Origin: an uncultured bacterium
GTDB taxonomy: Bacteria > Margulisbacteria > WOR-1 > CAVSGV01
Length of the DNA stretch: 32,000 bases
NCBI GenBank assembly: GCA_963699255.1
Contig: OY969425.1
Span: 1,110,001 to 1,142,000 of the forward strand
Reading direction: 5' to 3'
Shown: positions 8,942-17,860 of the stretch, in pieces
Position numbering within the stretch: position 1 is the stretch's first letter
How the letters are laid out: every line of letters starts with the position of its first letter
Made by a program: the position numbers and the translations under genes
The notes under the pieces: model-generated
Database searches by the model: none
What the model saw: the letters and a program-made list of their open reading frames with translations, nothing else
What the model was told of the DNA's origin: nothing

Positions 8942-9911
8942 AAGGACCTGGTCCGAGAATGAGATCGAAGCCGTAACCTCGTGCATTAAATCCGGGCATA
9001 TGACCCAGGGGGCTTTGGTCGAAAAATTCGAGGAAGAGTTCAAAGCTTTCGCCGGGGCCAAATACGCGATAGCGGTAAATTCCTGCACCTCGGCTCTTTT
9101 CCTTTGCCTGAAACTCCTGTCTCCGAAAAAAGTCAGCACCCCTTCAATGACGTTCGCTTCGGTCGCGAGCTGCATAATCCATGCGGGAGCCGAACTTGCC
9201 TGGATGGATGAATCGTGGGCCGGATCAAGATATCCTCTCGTATCGAACGATCCCAGATCTGGCATAATATATGATTCAGCCCATGCCCTTCACAGGAGCG
9301 ACGCATCCAGGAAGGAAAACGACCTTGTCTGCTATTCATTCTATCCCACAAAAAATCTCTCCGGGGCCGAAGGCGGCATGATCGCGACGAACAACAAGAA
9401 CTATGCCGAGTGGTTAAGAAAAGCCAGGTGGCACGCGAGGGTCGGCAAAAGCTGGGATTATATAATAGAATTCCCGGCCTGGAAAATGAACATGACGGAT
9501 ATACAGGCTGCGATAGGGATAGAATATTTGAAAAGGCTGGACGAGGAAGCAGGGAAAAGAAAAGAACTGGTGGATCAATATAATAAGCTCCTCGGAACCT
9601 CGATAAGATCGGACCATATTTTCCAGACAGTGGTAAATGACAGGAAGGATTTCGTTAATTACATGGAAGATAACGGCATAGAGTGCAGCATGCACTTCAA
9701 GCCCGTTCACAAACAGCCCGCTTTCAAACAGTTCTACAAGGAACTTCCGAAGACAGAGCACTTTGAAGGCTATGCCGTGTCGCTTCCGCTTTATCCTTCC
9801 ATGAGCGGAACCGAAGTTGAAGAGGTTTGCGGACTGGTCAAGGAATGGGACAAAAGCCATCCCCTGCCCCGGCAGGAATACGCCGAGTTCAAGAGTTTCC
9901 TGAAAGCTTAA
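8910..9911 (+). CDS. DegT/DnrJ/EryC1/StrS-family sugar aminotransferase, compact (333 aa)
   Basis: 'MTQGALVEKFEEEFKAFAGAKYAIAVNSCTSALFLCLK', PLP lysine region 'CYSFYPTKNLSGAEGGMI' and 'RMNMTDIQAAIGI'-like 'KMNMTDIQAAIGIEYLKRLD'. Confidence 0.9.
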   Translation: MSTSIRIPFYKRTWSENEIEAVTSCIKSGHMTQGALVEKFEEEFKAFAGAKYAIAVNSCTSALFLCLKLLSPKKVSTPSMTFASVASCIIHAGAELAWMDESWAGSRYPLVSNDPRSGIIYDSAHALHRSDASRKENDLVCYSFYPTKNLSGAEGGMIATNNKNYAEWLRKARWHARVGKSWDYIIEFPAWKMNMTDIQAAIGIEYLKRLDEEAGKRKELVDQYNKLLGTSIRSDHIFQTVVNDRKDFVNYMEDNGIECSMHFKPVHKQPAFKQFYKELPKTEHFEGYAVSLPLYPSMSGTEVEEVCGLVKEWDKSHPLPRQEYAEFKSFLKA

Positions 9912-9912
9912 C

Positions 9913-11004
9913 ATGAGCTTTTCCACATGTATCCCCGTAATGATGTACCACCATGTTAGCCCTGAGCCGGAAGATTCAATATCCATAAACCCGCAGAACT
10001 TTGAGATGCAGATAAAATATCTCGCTGAAGCACGCTACAGATCTCTGCACCTTCCGGAATTCTTCAGCCTTCTCAGGAGCTGGAACATCCCTGAAAAGCT
10101 CGTGCTTATAACCTTTGACGACGGATACGCCGACAATTTCATCTACGCTTATCCGATACTGAAAAAGTACGGAATGAAAGCGACGATATTTCCCGTGACC
10201 GCGTTCATAAAGGACAGTATAGAAAAACGGGGAGCCCTTACACCTGATTTTGAGCTGTTGATGAGAACACCTTTTGCCAAAAGGGGGCTTGATGATTTCT
10301 TAACGTGGGAAGAGATGAAGGAAATGCTATCCGGCGGACTGATAGATATTCAGGCGCATTGCCACGATCATGCCGCATACTTTGAGACAGACAAGATAAG
10401 ATCCTTTTACGACGGAAGCGACATGAACACAAAACTTGGCTGGGCAACCGACGGGGACCTGAGGCCGGGTATCCCGATCTATGAGACGGGCCCATCCCTT
10501 TGCGTTAGAAGATATTTCGATGACAAAGAGCTTAGGAACAAGCTCGCGGATCATGTCAAAAGCGGAGGCGGAGCTCTTTTCATGCAAAAGCCTGAAGCGA
10601 GAAAGGAGCTTGAGCGTATCGTCAGAGAACATGGAAAAATGAACGGCCGATTTGAAACAGAAGCGGAATCCGACGGCAGGATCATGAACGAATTGACGCT
10701 TACCAAAGAACTTATTGAGATCAAATTGAACAAAAAAGTGGATTACATATGCTGGCCGTGGGGAAGCGTGGATAGGCCATTGATCGAGCGGGCCAAGCGG
10801 GCCGGTTTCACAGGCGGGATCGGGATGAAAGGCGGGGCGAACATGAGGCTGACGAACATGATGGATATACACAGGTTCAATCCCTGCAGAAAAGATATAC
10901 CTGCGCTGAGACAAAAGCTGTTCAAGCATTCAAATCTCTGGCTTTCATTGTATAATGACAAGCGGATAGATAAATTATTAATAAGAAGGGAGAAGTTCCT
11001 GTGA
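9913..11004 (+). CDS. Polysaccharide deacetylase (NodB homology)
   Basis: 'PVMMYHHVSPE', 'LVLITFDDGYADNF', 'DIQAHCHDH' and 'ICWPWGSVD'. Confidence 0.9.
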   Translation: MSFSTCIPVMMYHHVSPEPEDSISINPQNFEMQIKYLAEARYRSLHLPEFFSLLRSWNIPEKLVLITFDDGYADNFIYAYPILKKYGMKATIFPVTAFIKDSIEKRGALTPDFELLMRTPFAKRGLDDFLTWEEMKEMLSGGLIDIQAHCHDHAAYFETDKIRSFYDGSDMNTKLGWATDGDLRPGIPIYETGPSLCVRRYFDDKELRNKLADHVKSGGGALFMQKPEARKELERIVREHGKMNGRFETEAESDGRIMNELTLTKELIEIKLNKKVDYICWPWGSVDRPLIERAKRAGFTGGIGMKGGANMRLTNMMDIHRFNPCRKDIPALRQKLFKHSNLWLSLYNDKRIDKLLIRREKFL

Positions 11005-12839
11005 ACGCTCTGACATTAATGATAATAGCCTTGTGTGTTTTTGCCCTGGCTTACAGGTATTATTCCGTTTTTCTCACGACCAAGGTACTTGTGCTCGATC
11101 CGAAGAGAAAAACTCCCGCATACGCACTGAACGACGGCCATGATTATCATCCCACCAACAAATGGGTGCTCTTCGGGCATCACTTCGCTGCGATAGCCGG
11201 GGCGGGACCGCTGATCGGACCTGTTCTCGCGGCCCAGTTCGGGTACCTGCCCGGGGCGCTATGGATAATAATCGGCGCGGTCCTTGCCGGCGCCGTACAT
11301 GACTATGTGATACTTTTTGCTTCCGTCAGGCACAACGGGCTTTCCCTTCACAAGATAGCCCGCGACTATATAGGGAGAACGACGGGGATCGCTACCGCCG
11401 TCGCGGTGCTCTTCATCATCGTTACGGCGCTCGCGGGTTTATCGATCGTTGTCGTGAATGCCCTGGCGCAAAGCCCGTGGGGAACTTTTGCGATAGCAGT
11501 AAGCATCCCCGCCGCGATACTTGTCGGAATATACATGAAGATCAGGAAGGAAGCGCTGCTTGAAGCCTCCATCATAGGCACGGGACTGCTGCTTCTTGCC
11601 GTAATATTTGGATTCAACGTCCAGCATTCGCCTATAGCTTTTCTTTTCACTTATTCCAGGCATCAGCTAGCCCTTATCCTTATCGCGTACGGTTTTTTTG
11701 CGTCCGTCCTGCCGGTATGGCTCCTTCTATCCCCCAGGGATTACATAAGCTCGTATCTAAAGATCGGCACGGTCGCACTTCTTGCCGTAGGGATATTCCT
11801 GATCCATCCACAGATCAAAATGCCCGCCATCACTCCATTCGTGTTCGGCGGCGGGCCTATAATACCCGGAGCCGTCTGGCCTTATGTCTGCATAACGATA
11901 GCCTGCGGGGCCATTTCCGGTTTTCATTCGCTGATATCTTCGGGAACAACCCCTAAAATGATATCGAACGAAAAAGACATGCGGATGATCGGGTATGGCG
12001 CAATGCTCGTTGAAGGGTTTGTAGCGGTAATGGCGCTTATCGCCGCGACTTCCCTCATACCGGCCGATTATTTCGCGATAAATACTTCACCGGCCATTTT
12101 CAAGAACCTGGGCATGACGGTCGTTAATCTGCCGGTCCTTTCGAAAATGGTCCAGGAGAACGTGGTTGGACGCCCCGGAGGGGCGGTTTCCCTCGCGGTC
12201 GGAATGGCGCAGATATTTTCCGGCCTGCCGGGGATGAAAAACCTGATGGGCTACTGGTACCACTTTGCGATAATGTTCGAGGCGCTGTTCATATTGACTA
12301 CGATCGATGCCGGAACAAGAGTGGCGAGATACATAACACAGGAGATACTTGGGAAAGTAATAAAACCTTTTGGTGACACGAAATGGAAACCCGGCATAAT
12401 TTTGACGAGCGCAATGGTCGTCTTTGCATGGGGCTATCTTGTTTACAACGGGGACATCTCCACGATCTGGCCGATGTTCGGCGTCGCTAACCAGCTTCTC
12501 GCGACTGTCGCGCTTGTGATAGGGACTTCCGTGATATTAAAAAATAACAATAAAAAACTTTATGCGCTTGTGACCTTCCTTCCCATGCTTTTTATGCTCG
12601 CGACTACCGTTACGGCCGGGATCATGAACATTTTCATTAATTATCTCCCCCAGGGATCTTTCAACGGCAACCTGAACGCGCTGCTCTCCGCGGTCATGAT
12701 CATCCTTGTCGTTATCATCGTGATAGATTCATCCGTTAAGTGGTATTTTTACCTTAAAGAACACGGCTTAAAGACCCGGCAGATCGAAAAAGAAGAAAAA
12801 ACAAAAGAAAAAGATCCGGCCATGGAGCTGGATATATAG
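11001..12839 (+). CDS. cstA: Carbon starvation protein CstA family transporter
   Basis: '[33 protein letters not shown]', '[19 protein letters not shown]', '[16 protein letters not shown]' and '[12 protein letters not shown]'. GTGA overlap with the upstream deacetylase. Confidence 0.96.
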   Translation: MNALTLMIIALCVFALAYRYYSVFLTTKVLVLDPKRKTPAYALNDGHDYHPTNKWVLFGHHFAAIAGAGPLIGPVLAAQFGYLPGALWIIIGAVLAGAVHDYVILFASVRHNGLSLHKIARDYIGRTTGIATAVAVLFIIVTALAGLSIVVVNALAQSPWGTFAIAVSIPAAILVGIYMKIRKEALLEASIIGTGLLLLAVIFGFNVQHSPIAFLFTYSRHQLALILIAYGFFASVLPVWLLLSPRDYISSYLKIGTVALLAVGIFLIHPQIKMPAITPFVFGGGPIIPGAVWPYVCITIACGAISGFHSLISSGTTPKMISNEKDMRMIGYGAMLVEGFVAVMALIAATSLIPADYFAINTSPAIFKNLGMTVVNLPVLSKMVQENVVGRPGGAVSLAVGMAQIFSGLPGMKNLMGYWYHFAIMFEALFILTTIDAGTRVARYITQEILGKVIKPFGDTKWKPGIILTSAMVVFAWGYLVYNGDISTIWPMFGVANQLLATVALVIGTSVILKNNNKKLYALVTFLPMLFMLATTVTAGIMNIFINYLPQGSFNGNLNALLSAVMIILVVIIVIDSSVKWYFYLKEHGLKTRQIEKEEKTKEKDPAMELDI

Positions 12840-12854
12840 AAGCGCTCTGAATAA

Positions 12855-13964
12855 TTGACCTGGAACCTGCGACTGTCATGCCTGAGGCAGATCCGCCTCT
12901 GGCGGAAAAGTCGCGGTTCCGACACTATAACTGATTGGATTAAGATTTTTGGAACCGAGAATTTTATTCTCAGGTTCCAAAAAGCATTAAAAAGGCAATA
13001 TAAAGTGAAAAAGCTGTCATCAGTATTACCCGCAATCGTTCTTTTTGCCGCAGTTTGTCTTGCTGCCGTCAATACCGTTTCACTTCGATATATCATGCAG
13101 GAAAAATTCGACGGCAGGGACCTTAAGCTCGTTAAAGTGCTGGCTACGAACGAAACGTATACCCGGTATTACATTACTTATATGAGTGGAAAACTGAAGA
13201 TATCGGGGATCATGAACGTGCCGAAAGGCGGCGGCCCCTACCCTGTCATCATAACCGCCCACGGATTCGTCGAGCCGCGTTATTACACGACCGGCAGAGG
13301 GCTTAAAAGAGAACAGGATTACCTTGCCCGCCACGGATATGTCGTCCTCCATCCGGACTACCGAAATAATAACGGATCCGACAAAGACCCGGAAAACAAC
13401 CTGCGGCTAAACCTTGGATATACGGAAGATGTCATAAACGCTGTTTACGCGGTCAGGAACTCAAATTTCACATTCATGGACAGGAACAACATCGGCCTGC
13501 TGGGCCATTCTCTCGGCGGAGGGGTCGCCCTCAATATAATAGTGACAAAACCGGGGCTGATAAAAGCTTACGTTCTATTCGCGCCTATCAGCATGGACTA
13601 CCGCGACAATTACTACCGCTGGATAGCGAGGAGAGGCCCCGATGTGCTGAGAAAGTTCGGGCCGCCCGCGACAAGGGAGAAGATCGAGGCTCTTTACGGG
13701 TCCCCCGAAGCAAACCCGTCCTTCTGGGATGATATCTCCCCGAAGAAATACATAAAGAACGTGGAAGACCCCGTCATTGTCCACCAGGGACTGGCGGACC
13801 AGGAAGTCCCCCCTGATTGGTCGGATAAGCTGGTCGCGGCTTTCAAGCGCAGCGGCAAGGAGATCAAGCTTTACACCTACAGCGGCCAGCCGCACGAGTT
13901 CACTTCCGCCTGGCCCAGTGTCATGAAAACATCAGTCAGGTTCTTTGATTCCATCTTAAAATAA
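12855..13964 (+). CDS. Alpha/beta hydrolase, S9/dienelactone-hydrolase-like, exported; true start probably GTG at 13005
   Basis: 'NIGLLGHSLGGGVALNI' nucleophile elbow, 'VIVHQGLADQEVP' (Asp), 'YSGQPHEF' (His). Codon 51 is a GTG starting 'VKKLSSVLPAIVLFAAVCLAAV', a signal peptide. The 50 residues before it overlap repeat copy A. Confidence 0.88.
   Translation: MTWNLRLSCLRQIRLWRKSRGSDTITDWIKIFGTENFILRFQKALKRQYKVKKLSSVLPAIVLFAAVCLAAVNTVSLRYIMQEKFDGRDLKLVKVLATNETYTRYYITYMSGKLKISGIMNVPKGGGPYPVIITAHGFVEPRYYTTGRGLKREQDYLARHGYVVLHPDYRNNNGSDKDPENNLRLNLGYTEDVINAVYAVRNSNFTFMDRNNIGLLGHSLGGGVALNIIVTKPGLIKAYVLFAPISMDYRDNYYRWIARRGPDVLRKFGPPATREKIEALYGSPEANPSFWDDISPKKYIKNVEDPVIVHQGLADQEVPPDWSDKLVAAFKRSGKEIKLYTYSGQPHEFTSAWPSVMKTSVRFFDSILK
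12862..12978 (+). repeat. Dispersed intergenic double-hairpin repeat, copy A, with nested GC-rich palindrome in loop 1
   Basis: Hairpin 1: GGAACCTGCGACT (12862-12874) with AGTCGCGGTTCC (12909-12920). Hairpin 2: GGAACCGAGAAT-TTT-ATTCTCAGGTTCC (12951-12978). The loop contains CCTGAGGCAGATCCGCCTCTGGCGG. Confidence 0.85.
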
Positions 13965-14108
13965 CCTTCTTATTCTATTCATCTAACGCTTCAAATAGCC
14001 CTTTTCACTTATTTGCCCATACAAGTTATGCACAAGTTATCCCGATAGTACATATGGAAGAGAGTGCATAACGGTCTCCGAATTTTGTGCGTATAGGAGG
14101 GGAAATAA

Positions 14109-14861
14109 ATGGCTGGAGAGGGAACTAATATTGTAAATTCTGGATCTAATAAAATAACCAATAATCCACATCTTGCTTCAGCACTCCAAAAGAAGGGAGT
14201 CAAAGGAGCAGATCCTCAATCTATCAAATCTGATACAGAAACCAATAACTTTGCCGATAATGAATTTAAATTCGATCCGGAACAGCAAACAAAAAAAATA
14301 AGCGCAATGGTGGTTTATTTTAAAAATAACGCTGCTTCTCTAAATCAAGAAAACCCTATGGTAAACATTGTTATAAGCGCCGGATGTACCAAAGATCCCG
14401 CCAGTCAAAATTTAAAGGATCTGGATAAAGCTATAGCCGATCAAAATCCGGCGGCGATCAAAAATTACCTGAAGAAATTGAACGTCACATCGGACAACTT
14501 TGTTTCAGATGCTGATTTTGCCACGTTTCAGGCCCTGGCAGGTATGAATCAACCTGACCCAAAGCTAGACGGCAACTATTCCCTGCATATTTTAAGATTG
14601 ATGACCATGTTAACAACAACAAAAGAAGCGATAAATAAGTCCGACCTAACCGATATTCAGAAAGCTCAAGCGATCAAGGATATTAAGGTGAAAGTAATTT
14701 GCGGCGGTGTTACGGGCGACCGCTTTGACCAGGCAATACTGGAACCCAAAAGCGAGTTTGCTGTTGGCGAAAACGGAACCGGGATGGTTCTTGTCGATAA
14801 CAGCCCGTCCGGAAAGTGGCATCGCGATGAGCAGGCGGATATCGCAACTGACATAATATAG
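14109..14861 (+). CDS. Unknown protein, 5' part of an ORF interrupted by in-frame TAG
   Basis: 250 aa, good SD (aggagggg) 5 nt upstream of ATG. Same frame as 14904..15416, with only TAG at 14859-14861 between them. Confidence 0.65.
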   Translation: MAGEGTNIVNSGSNKITNNPHLASALQKKGVKGADPQSIKSDTETNNFADNEFKFDPEQQTKKISAMVVYFKNNAASLNQENPMVNIVISAGCTKDPASQNLKDLDKAIADQNPAAIKNYLKKLNVTSDNFVSDADFATFQALAGMNQPDPKLDGNYSLHILRLMTMLTTTKEAINKSDLTDIQKAQAIKDIKVKVICGGVTGDRFDQAILEPKSEFAVGENGTGMVLVDNSPSGKWHRDEQADIATDII

Positions 14862-14903
14862 GCGAATCGGGATGCTATTCTTAATGATAATGCGGAAATT
14901 AAA

Positions 14904-15416
14904 GTGACCAGATTTGCCGGGGATTATAACGGGTATACAAAAAAATTGAGCAGTAGACGCGAAGAGGAAAAAAATTATAAGACCTATTTAACGGTCAACG
15001 CGAAAGAAATTATTAACGGGAAAAAATTTGTTAATATGAGCAAGGCAGACCTCAAAGAAATGATAAAGGCGGGCATTGAAGGCAACGGTTCAAATTCGGA
15101 ATGTGTAGTGACGAACACTGCAGTCGCGTTACAAGATAAAAATCCTCCATCAATAACCTGGACGATAACCGATGAAACCATCCATGATAAAGCTGGGATA
15201 GAAAATCTTATGGCCCTAAAACAGTCTACAGGCGCTAAGGAAGTAAACTTTTTGGTAATAAATACAAAGGATAAGAAGGGGTTCGAATTGGAAAGCTTGA
15301 AACCTTCCGGCGGGGATAATGGTTTACCCAAGGAATATGCGGATCTATTCGGTGAGAACGAGAACAACAATATCAGTAACAACAAAAATCCCGTCATTTA
15401 CTCTTACTTGAAATAG
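14904..15416 (+). CDS. Unknown protein, 3' part of the same interrupted ORF (open frame resumes at 14862)
   Basis: Frame is open from 14862 (ANRDAILNDNAEIKVTRFAGDY...). GTG 14904 has no obvious SD. Confidence 0.55.
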   Translation: MTRFAGDYNGYTKKLSSRREEEKNYKTYLTVNAKEIINGKKFVNMSKADLKEMIKAGIEGNGSNSECVVTNTAVALQDKNPPSITWTITDETIHDKAGIENLMALKQSTGAKEVNFLVINTKDKKGFELESLKPSGGDNGLPKEYADLFGENENNNISNNKNPVIYSYLK

Positions 15417-15508
15417 TTATTGCCTGCAGCAAATTGTTGACAGGCAGAACACATCTAGCACTTTTTTCTAATTGGATTGATCGTATCGAGCCGGGAACGG
15501 CTTAAGTG

Positions 15509-16765
15509 TTATTTCCACACGGACGAAGCCACGCTCGATAATACAGGAAAGCTCTCTTTTTTATGAGGTTTGAGTTTTTTTGCGACAAAATCGATGATCT
15601 TTCCGGCAATGTCACTCTTGGACACTAATCCTGTTCTTTCTGACCTCCCGTCACCATAAATAAAACACGCCCTGCTTGAATCGACGTCAAAAGCTTCCGG
15701 CCCGTTCGCAACTATCAGATCAAGGTTTTTATCTTTCAATTTCTTTATTGAATTCTCGATCAAATTGCTTGTCTCAAGCGAAAAGCCTATCAATATCTTG
15801 TTGCCCTTCTTCCTGCCGAGCTCTTCCAAAATGTCATCCGTCCGCCTCAGTTCGATCTTGAGCCCTGATCCGCGGGCTTTCTTCTTCAGCTTTGAGTCCC
15901 GGGCCTTGAGCGGCTTATAGTCAGCCACCGCCGCCGCCATGATCACAACATCCGACCTCTTCGATTCGATCATCACCGCCTGCTTCATCTGCGCGGCTGT
16001 CTCGACTTCAATTATCTTGCAACCGGAAGGCTTCTCGATCTGCGTCGGCGTGGTCACCAAGGTCACTTGAGCTCCCCTTTCAACGGCTGCCCTTGCAGCC
16101 GCATATCCCATTTTCCCGGAAGACCTGTTCCCTATGAACCTTACAGGATCTATCGCTTCTTTTGTTCCTCCGGCGGTTATCAATATTTTAACGCCCGTTA
16201 AGTCTTTGGAAGTTTCGAGCATTTCCATGACTTTTGAGATGATAACGGGAACATCCGCCATCCTGCCCGCACCCGTGCTGCCGCAGGCGAGCCATCCTAC
16301 TTCCGGACCGATGATCTGATGACCAATAGATCTAAGCTTTGAGATGTTTTCCTGTACAACGGGGTTTTCCCACATGTTATTGTTCATGGCCGGAGCGATC
16401 AGCTTTGGCGCTTTCGAGCTTATCACCATGGTAGACAAAGGATCGTCGGCGATGCCCTGTGCGATCTTCCCGATGATATTTGCCGTCGCCGGAGCGATAA
16501 TCATCAGATCGGTTTTCTCGGTAATGGAAATGTGGGGAACTGGGATATCTGTCAGTTCATCAGAAAAAAGGTCGGTAATGACAGGGTTGCCTGAAAGCGT
16601 CCTGAAGGTCAGGGGCGTGACCAGCTTCGCCGCTTCCTTCGTCTCCACAACCCATACATCCGCCCCAAGCTGGACCAGCTTGCTCACGAGGTCAGCGGAT
16701 TTATATGCGGCTATGCCGCCCGTGACTCCAACAATGATAGTTTTATTTTTTAGCTTCATGTTCAT
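15509..16765 (-). CDS. coaBC: Bifunctional phosphopantothenoylcysteine decarboxylase / phosphopantothenate-cysteine ligase
   Basis: 'VGVTGGIAAYKSADLV', 'APAMNNNMW', 'GWLACGSTGAGRM', 'ITAGGTKEAIDPVRFIGNRSSGKMG' and 'AAAVADYKP'. Confidence 0.97.
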   Translation of the reverse strand: MNMKLKNKTIIVGVTGGIAAYKSADLVSKLVQLGADVWVVETKEAAKLVTPLTFRTLSGNPVITDLFSDELTDIPVPHISITEKTDLMIIAPATANIIGKIAQGIADDPLSTMVISSKAPKLIAPAMNNNMWENPVVQENISKLRSIGHQIIGPEVGWLACGSTGAGRMADVPVIISKVMEMLETSKDLTGVKILITAGGTKEAIDPVRFIGNRSSGKMGYAAARAAVERGAQVTLVTTPTQIEKPSGCKIIEVETAAQMKQAVMIESKRSDVVIMAAAVADYKPLKARDSKLKKKARGSGLKIELRRTDDILEELGRKKGNKILIGFSLETSNLIENSIKKLKDKNLDLIVANGPEAFDVDSSRACFIYGDGRSERTGLVSKSDIAGKIIDFVAKKLKPHKKESFPVLSSVASSVWK

Positions 16766-16781
16766 AATTTGAAATTTACCA

Positions 16782-16866
16782 GGAACCTGCGACTAAACGT
16801 CGCGGTTCCAATTGTTTAGTTGTTATCACTGAATCTTATGGAGCCGAGGCGTTCAGCCTCGGGCTC
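16782..16866 (+). repeat. Dispersed intergenic double-hairpin repeat, copy B
   Basis: GGAACCTGCGAC-TAAAC-GTCGCGGTTCC (16782-16809), 30-nt spacer, then GGAGCCGAGGC-GTTCA-GCCTCGGGCTC (16840-16866). Confidence 0.88.
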
Positions 16867-16899
16867 TTAACCAAACGCCAAAATGCTGAATTTTAATAG

Positions 16900-17202
16900 T
16901 TATTTTTTCTTGGCTTTAGGAGCTCTCGTCTTCTTTTTTCCCTCTTTGGCCAGCGAGGGTCTTGCCTTGACTTCCGCTTCCACCAGTTCCTGAGGCTTTA
17001 TTATCTCTTTGCCAAGCTTTATCTTGATTTTATCCGCGGCGATCTCTTTCAGGGCAGTAGTGATGGAATCCGTCGGATCAAAGTCGTCCACATAGGGAAG
17101 CGATCCCGCCAGTATCTGTTTGGCCCTTGTGATCGTGGCGTTAACCAGCAAAAACTTGTTCTTTACCTTTGACATTATGTCGTCAATCCTCAGTTCTTTC
17201 AA
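16900..17202 (-). CDS. rpoZ: RNA polymerase omega subunit
   Basis: 'NKFLLVNATITRAKQILAGSLPYVDDFDPTDSITTALKEIAADKIKI'. Position between gmk and coaBC. Confidence 0.88.
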   Translation of the reverse strand: MKELRIDDIMSKVKNKFLLVNATITRAKQILAGSLPYVDDFDPTDSITTALKEIAADKIKIKLGKEIIKPQELVEAEVKARPSLAKEGKKKTRAPKAKKK

Positions 17203-17851
17203 TTTAATAACATCCTTTCTTTTTCCACGTTGATTATCGCCTTTATCTTTTCTGCGGCGGATTCTACCGTATCATTGACCACTATATAATCATACTTTTC
17301 CATGACTTGCAATTCCGCTATGGCGGCCCTCAACCTGTAATTCTGCTCTTCCACCTTCTCCGTCTTTCTCTTCTTAAGCCTGAAAGCCAGAATATCAACG
17401 GACGGCGGGATCAGGAATACAAATACCTGCGATGTGGTGTTTATCCCGTTCTTTGACGCCAGATCCCTTATGTTCGAGGCGCCCTGAACGTCCACTTCCA
17501 GAACAACGGTGCCGCCTTTTTCAAGCTCCTTCTCAACGAATGATCGGGGTGTGCCGTAATAATACCCGTGAACCCTCGCCCACTCCAGGAACTCGCCTTT
17601 CTTTTCCTGCTTGAAAATTCTTCCTCTGAAAGAAAAAAATAATCTTCTTTGTCTTTTTCAAAGGGCCGCTTCGGCCTTGTTGTCGCCGAGGTGGAGAGCT
17701 TAAGTTCCGGATATATCTTGAACAGTTTTGAGACAACCGTACTCTTGCCTACGCCGGAAGGCCCGGAAATTATCAGAAGAAGACCCCTCGACTTCTCTCG
17801 GGACAAGCCCCGCCCAAGGTGGCGGGGCAAGCTCTTTCGCTTCTTTTTCAC
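17199..17851 (-). CDS. gmk: Guanylate kinase, reading frame split by an apparent single-nucleotide frameshift
   Basis: N-part 'GLLLIISGPSGVGKSTVVSKLF...SATTRPKRPFEKDKEDYFFLSEEEF'. C-part in another frame 'KQEKKGEFLEWARVHGYYYGTPRSFVEKELEKGGTVVLEVDVQGASN...'. The two join near 17611-17620. Confidence 0.93.
17784..17833. repeat. GC-rich palindromic element inside the gmk 5' coding region
   Basis: GCCCCGCC (17807-17814) and GGCGGGGC (17821-17828), flanked by CCCCTCGACTTCTCTCGGGACAA. It encodes a non-canonical 'LPRHLGRGLSREKSRG' insert before the P-loop strand. Confidence 0.55.
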
Positions 17852-17860
17852 AACCTCTGA

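Noticed and set aside
12855-13004. First 50 codons of the hydrolase ORF as real protein sequence
   Set aside because: They translate the intergenic hairpin repeat. The signal peptide begins at an internal GTG (13005).
14026-14034. DnaA-box-like TTATGCACA near 14030, possible oriC given nearby parAB
   Set aside because: Only one near-match (8/9) and a partial second (TTATCCC). There is no box cluster, dnaA, dnaN or AT-rich unwinding region, and parAB is 13 kb away.
14859-14861. Genome-wide TAG recoding (e.g. pyrrolysine)
   Set aside because: TAG ends cstA (12839), rsmG (27128) and a GT4 gene (6843) exactly where the proteins should end, and no pyl genes are in the window.
16900-17202. Lys/Ala-rich tail of RpoZ as unusual
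   Set aside because: Basic low-complexity C-terminal tails occur in omega subunits; nothing specific here.
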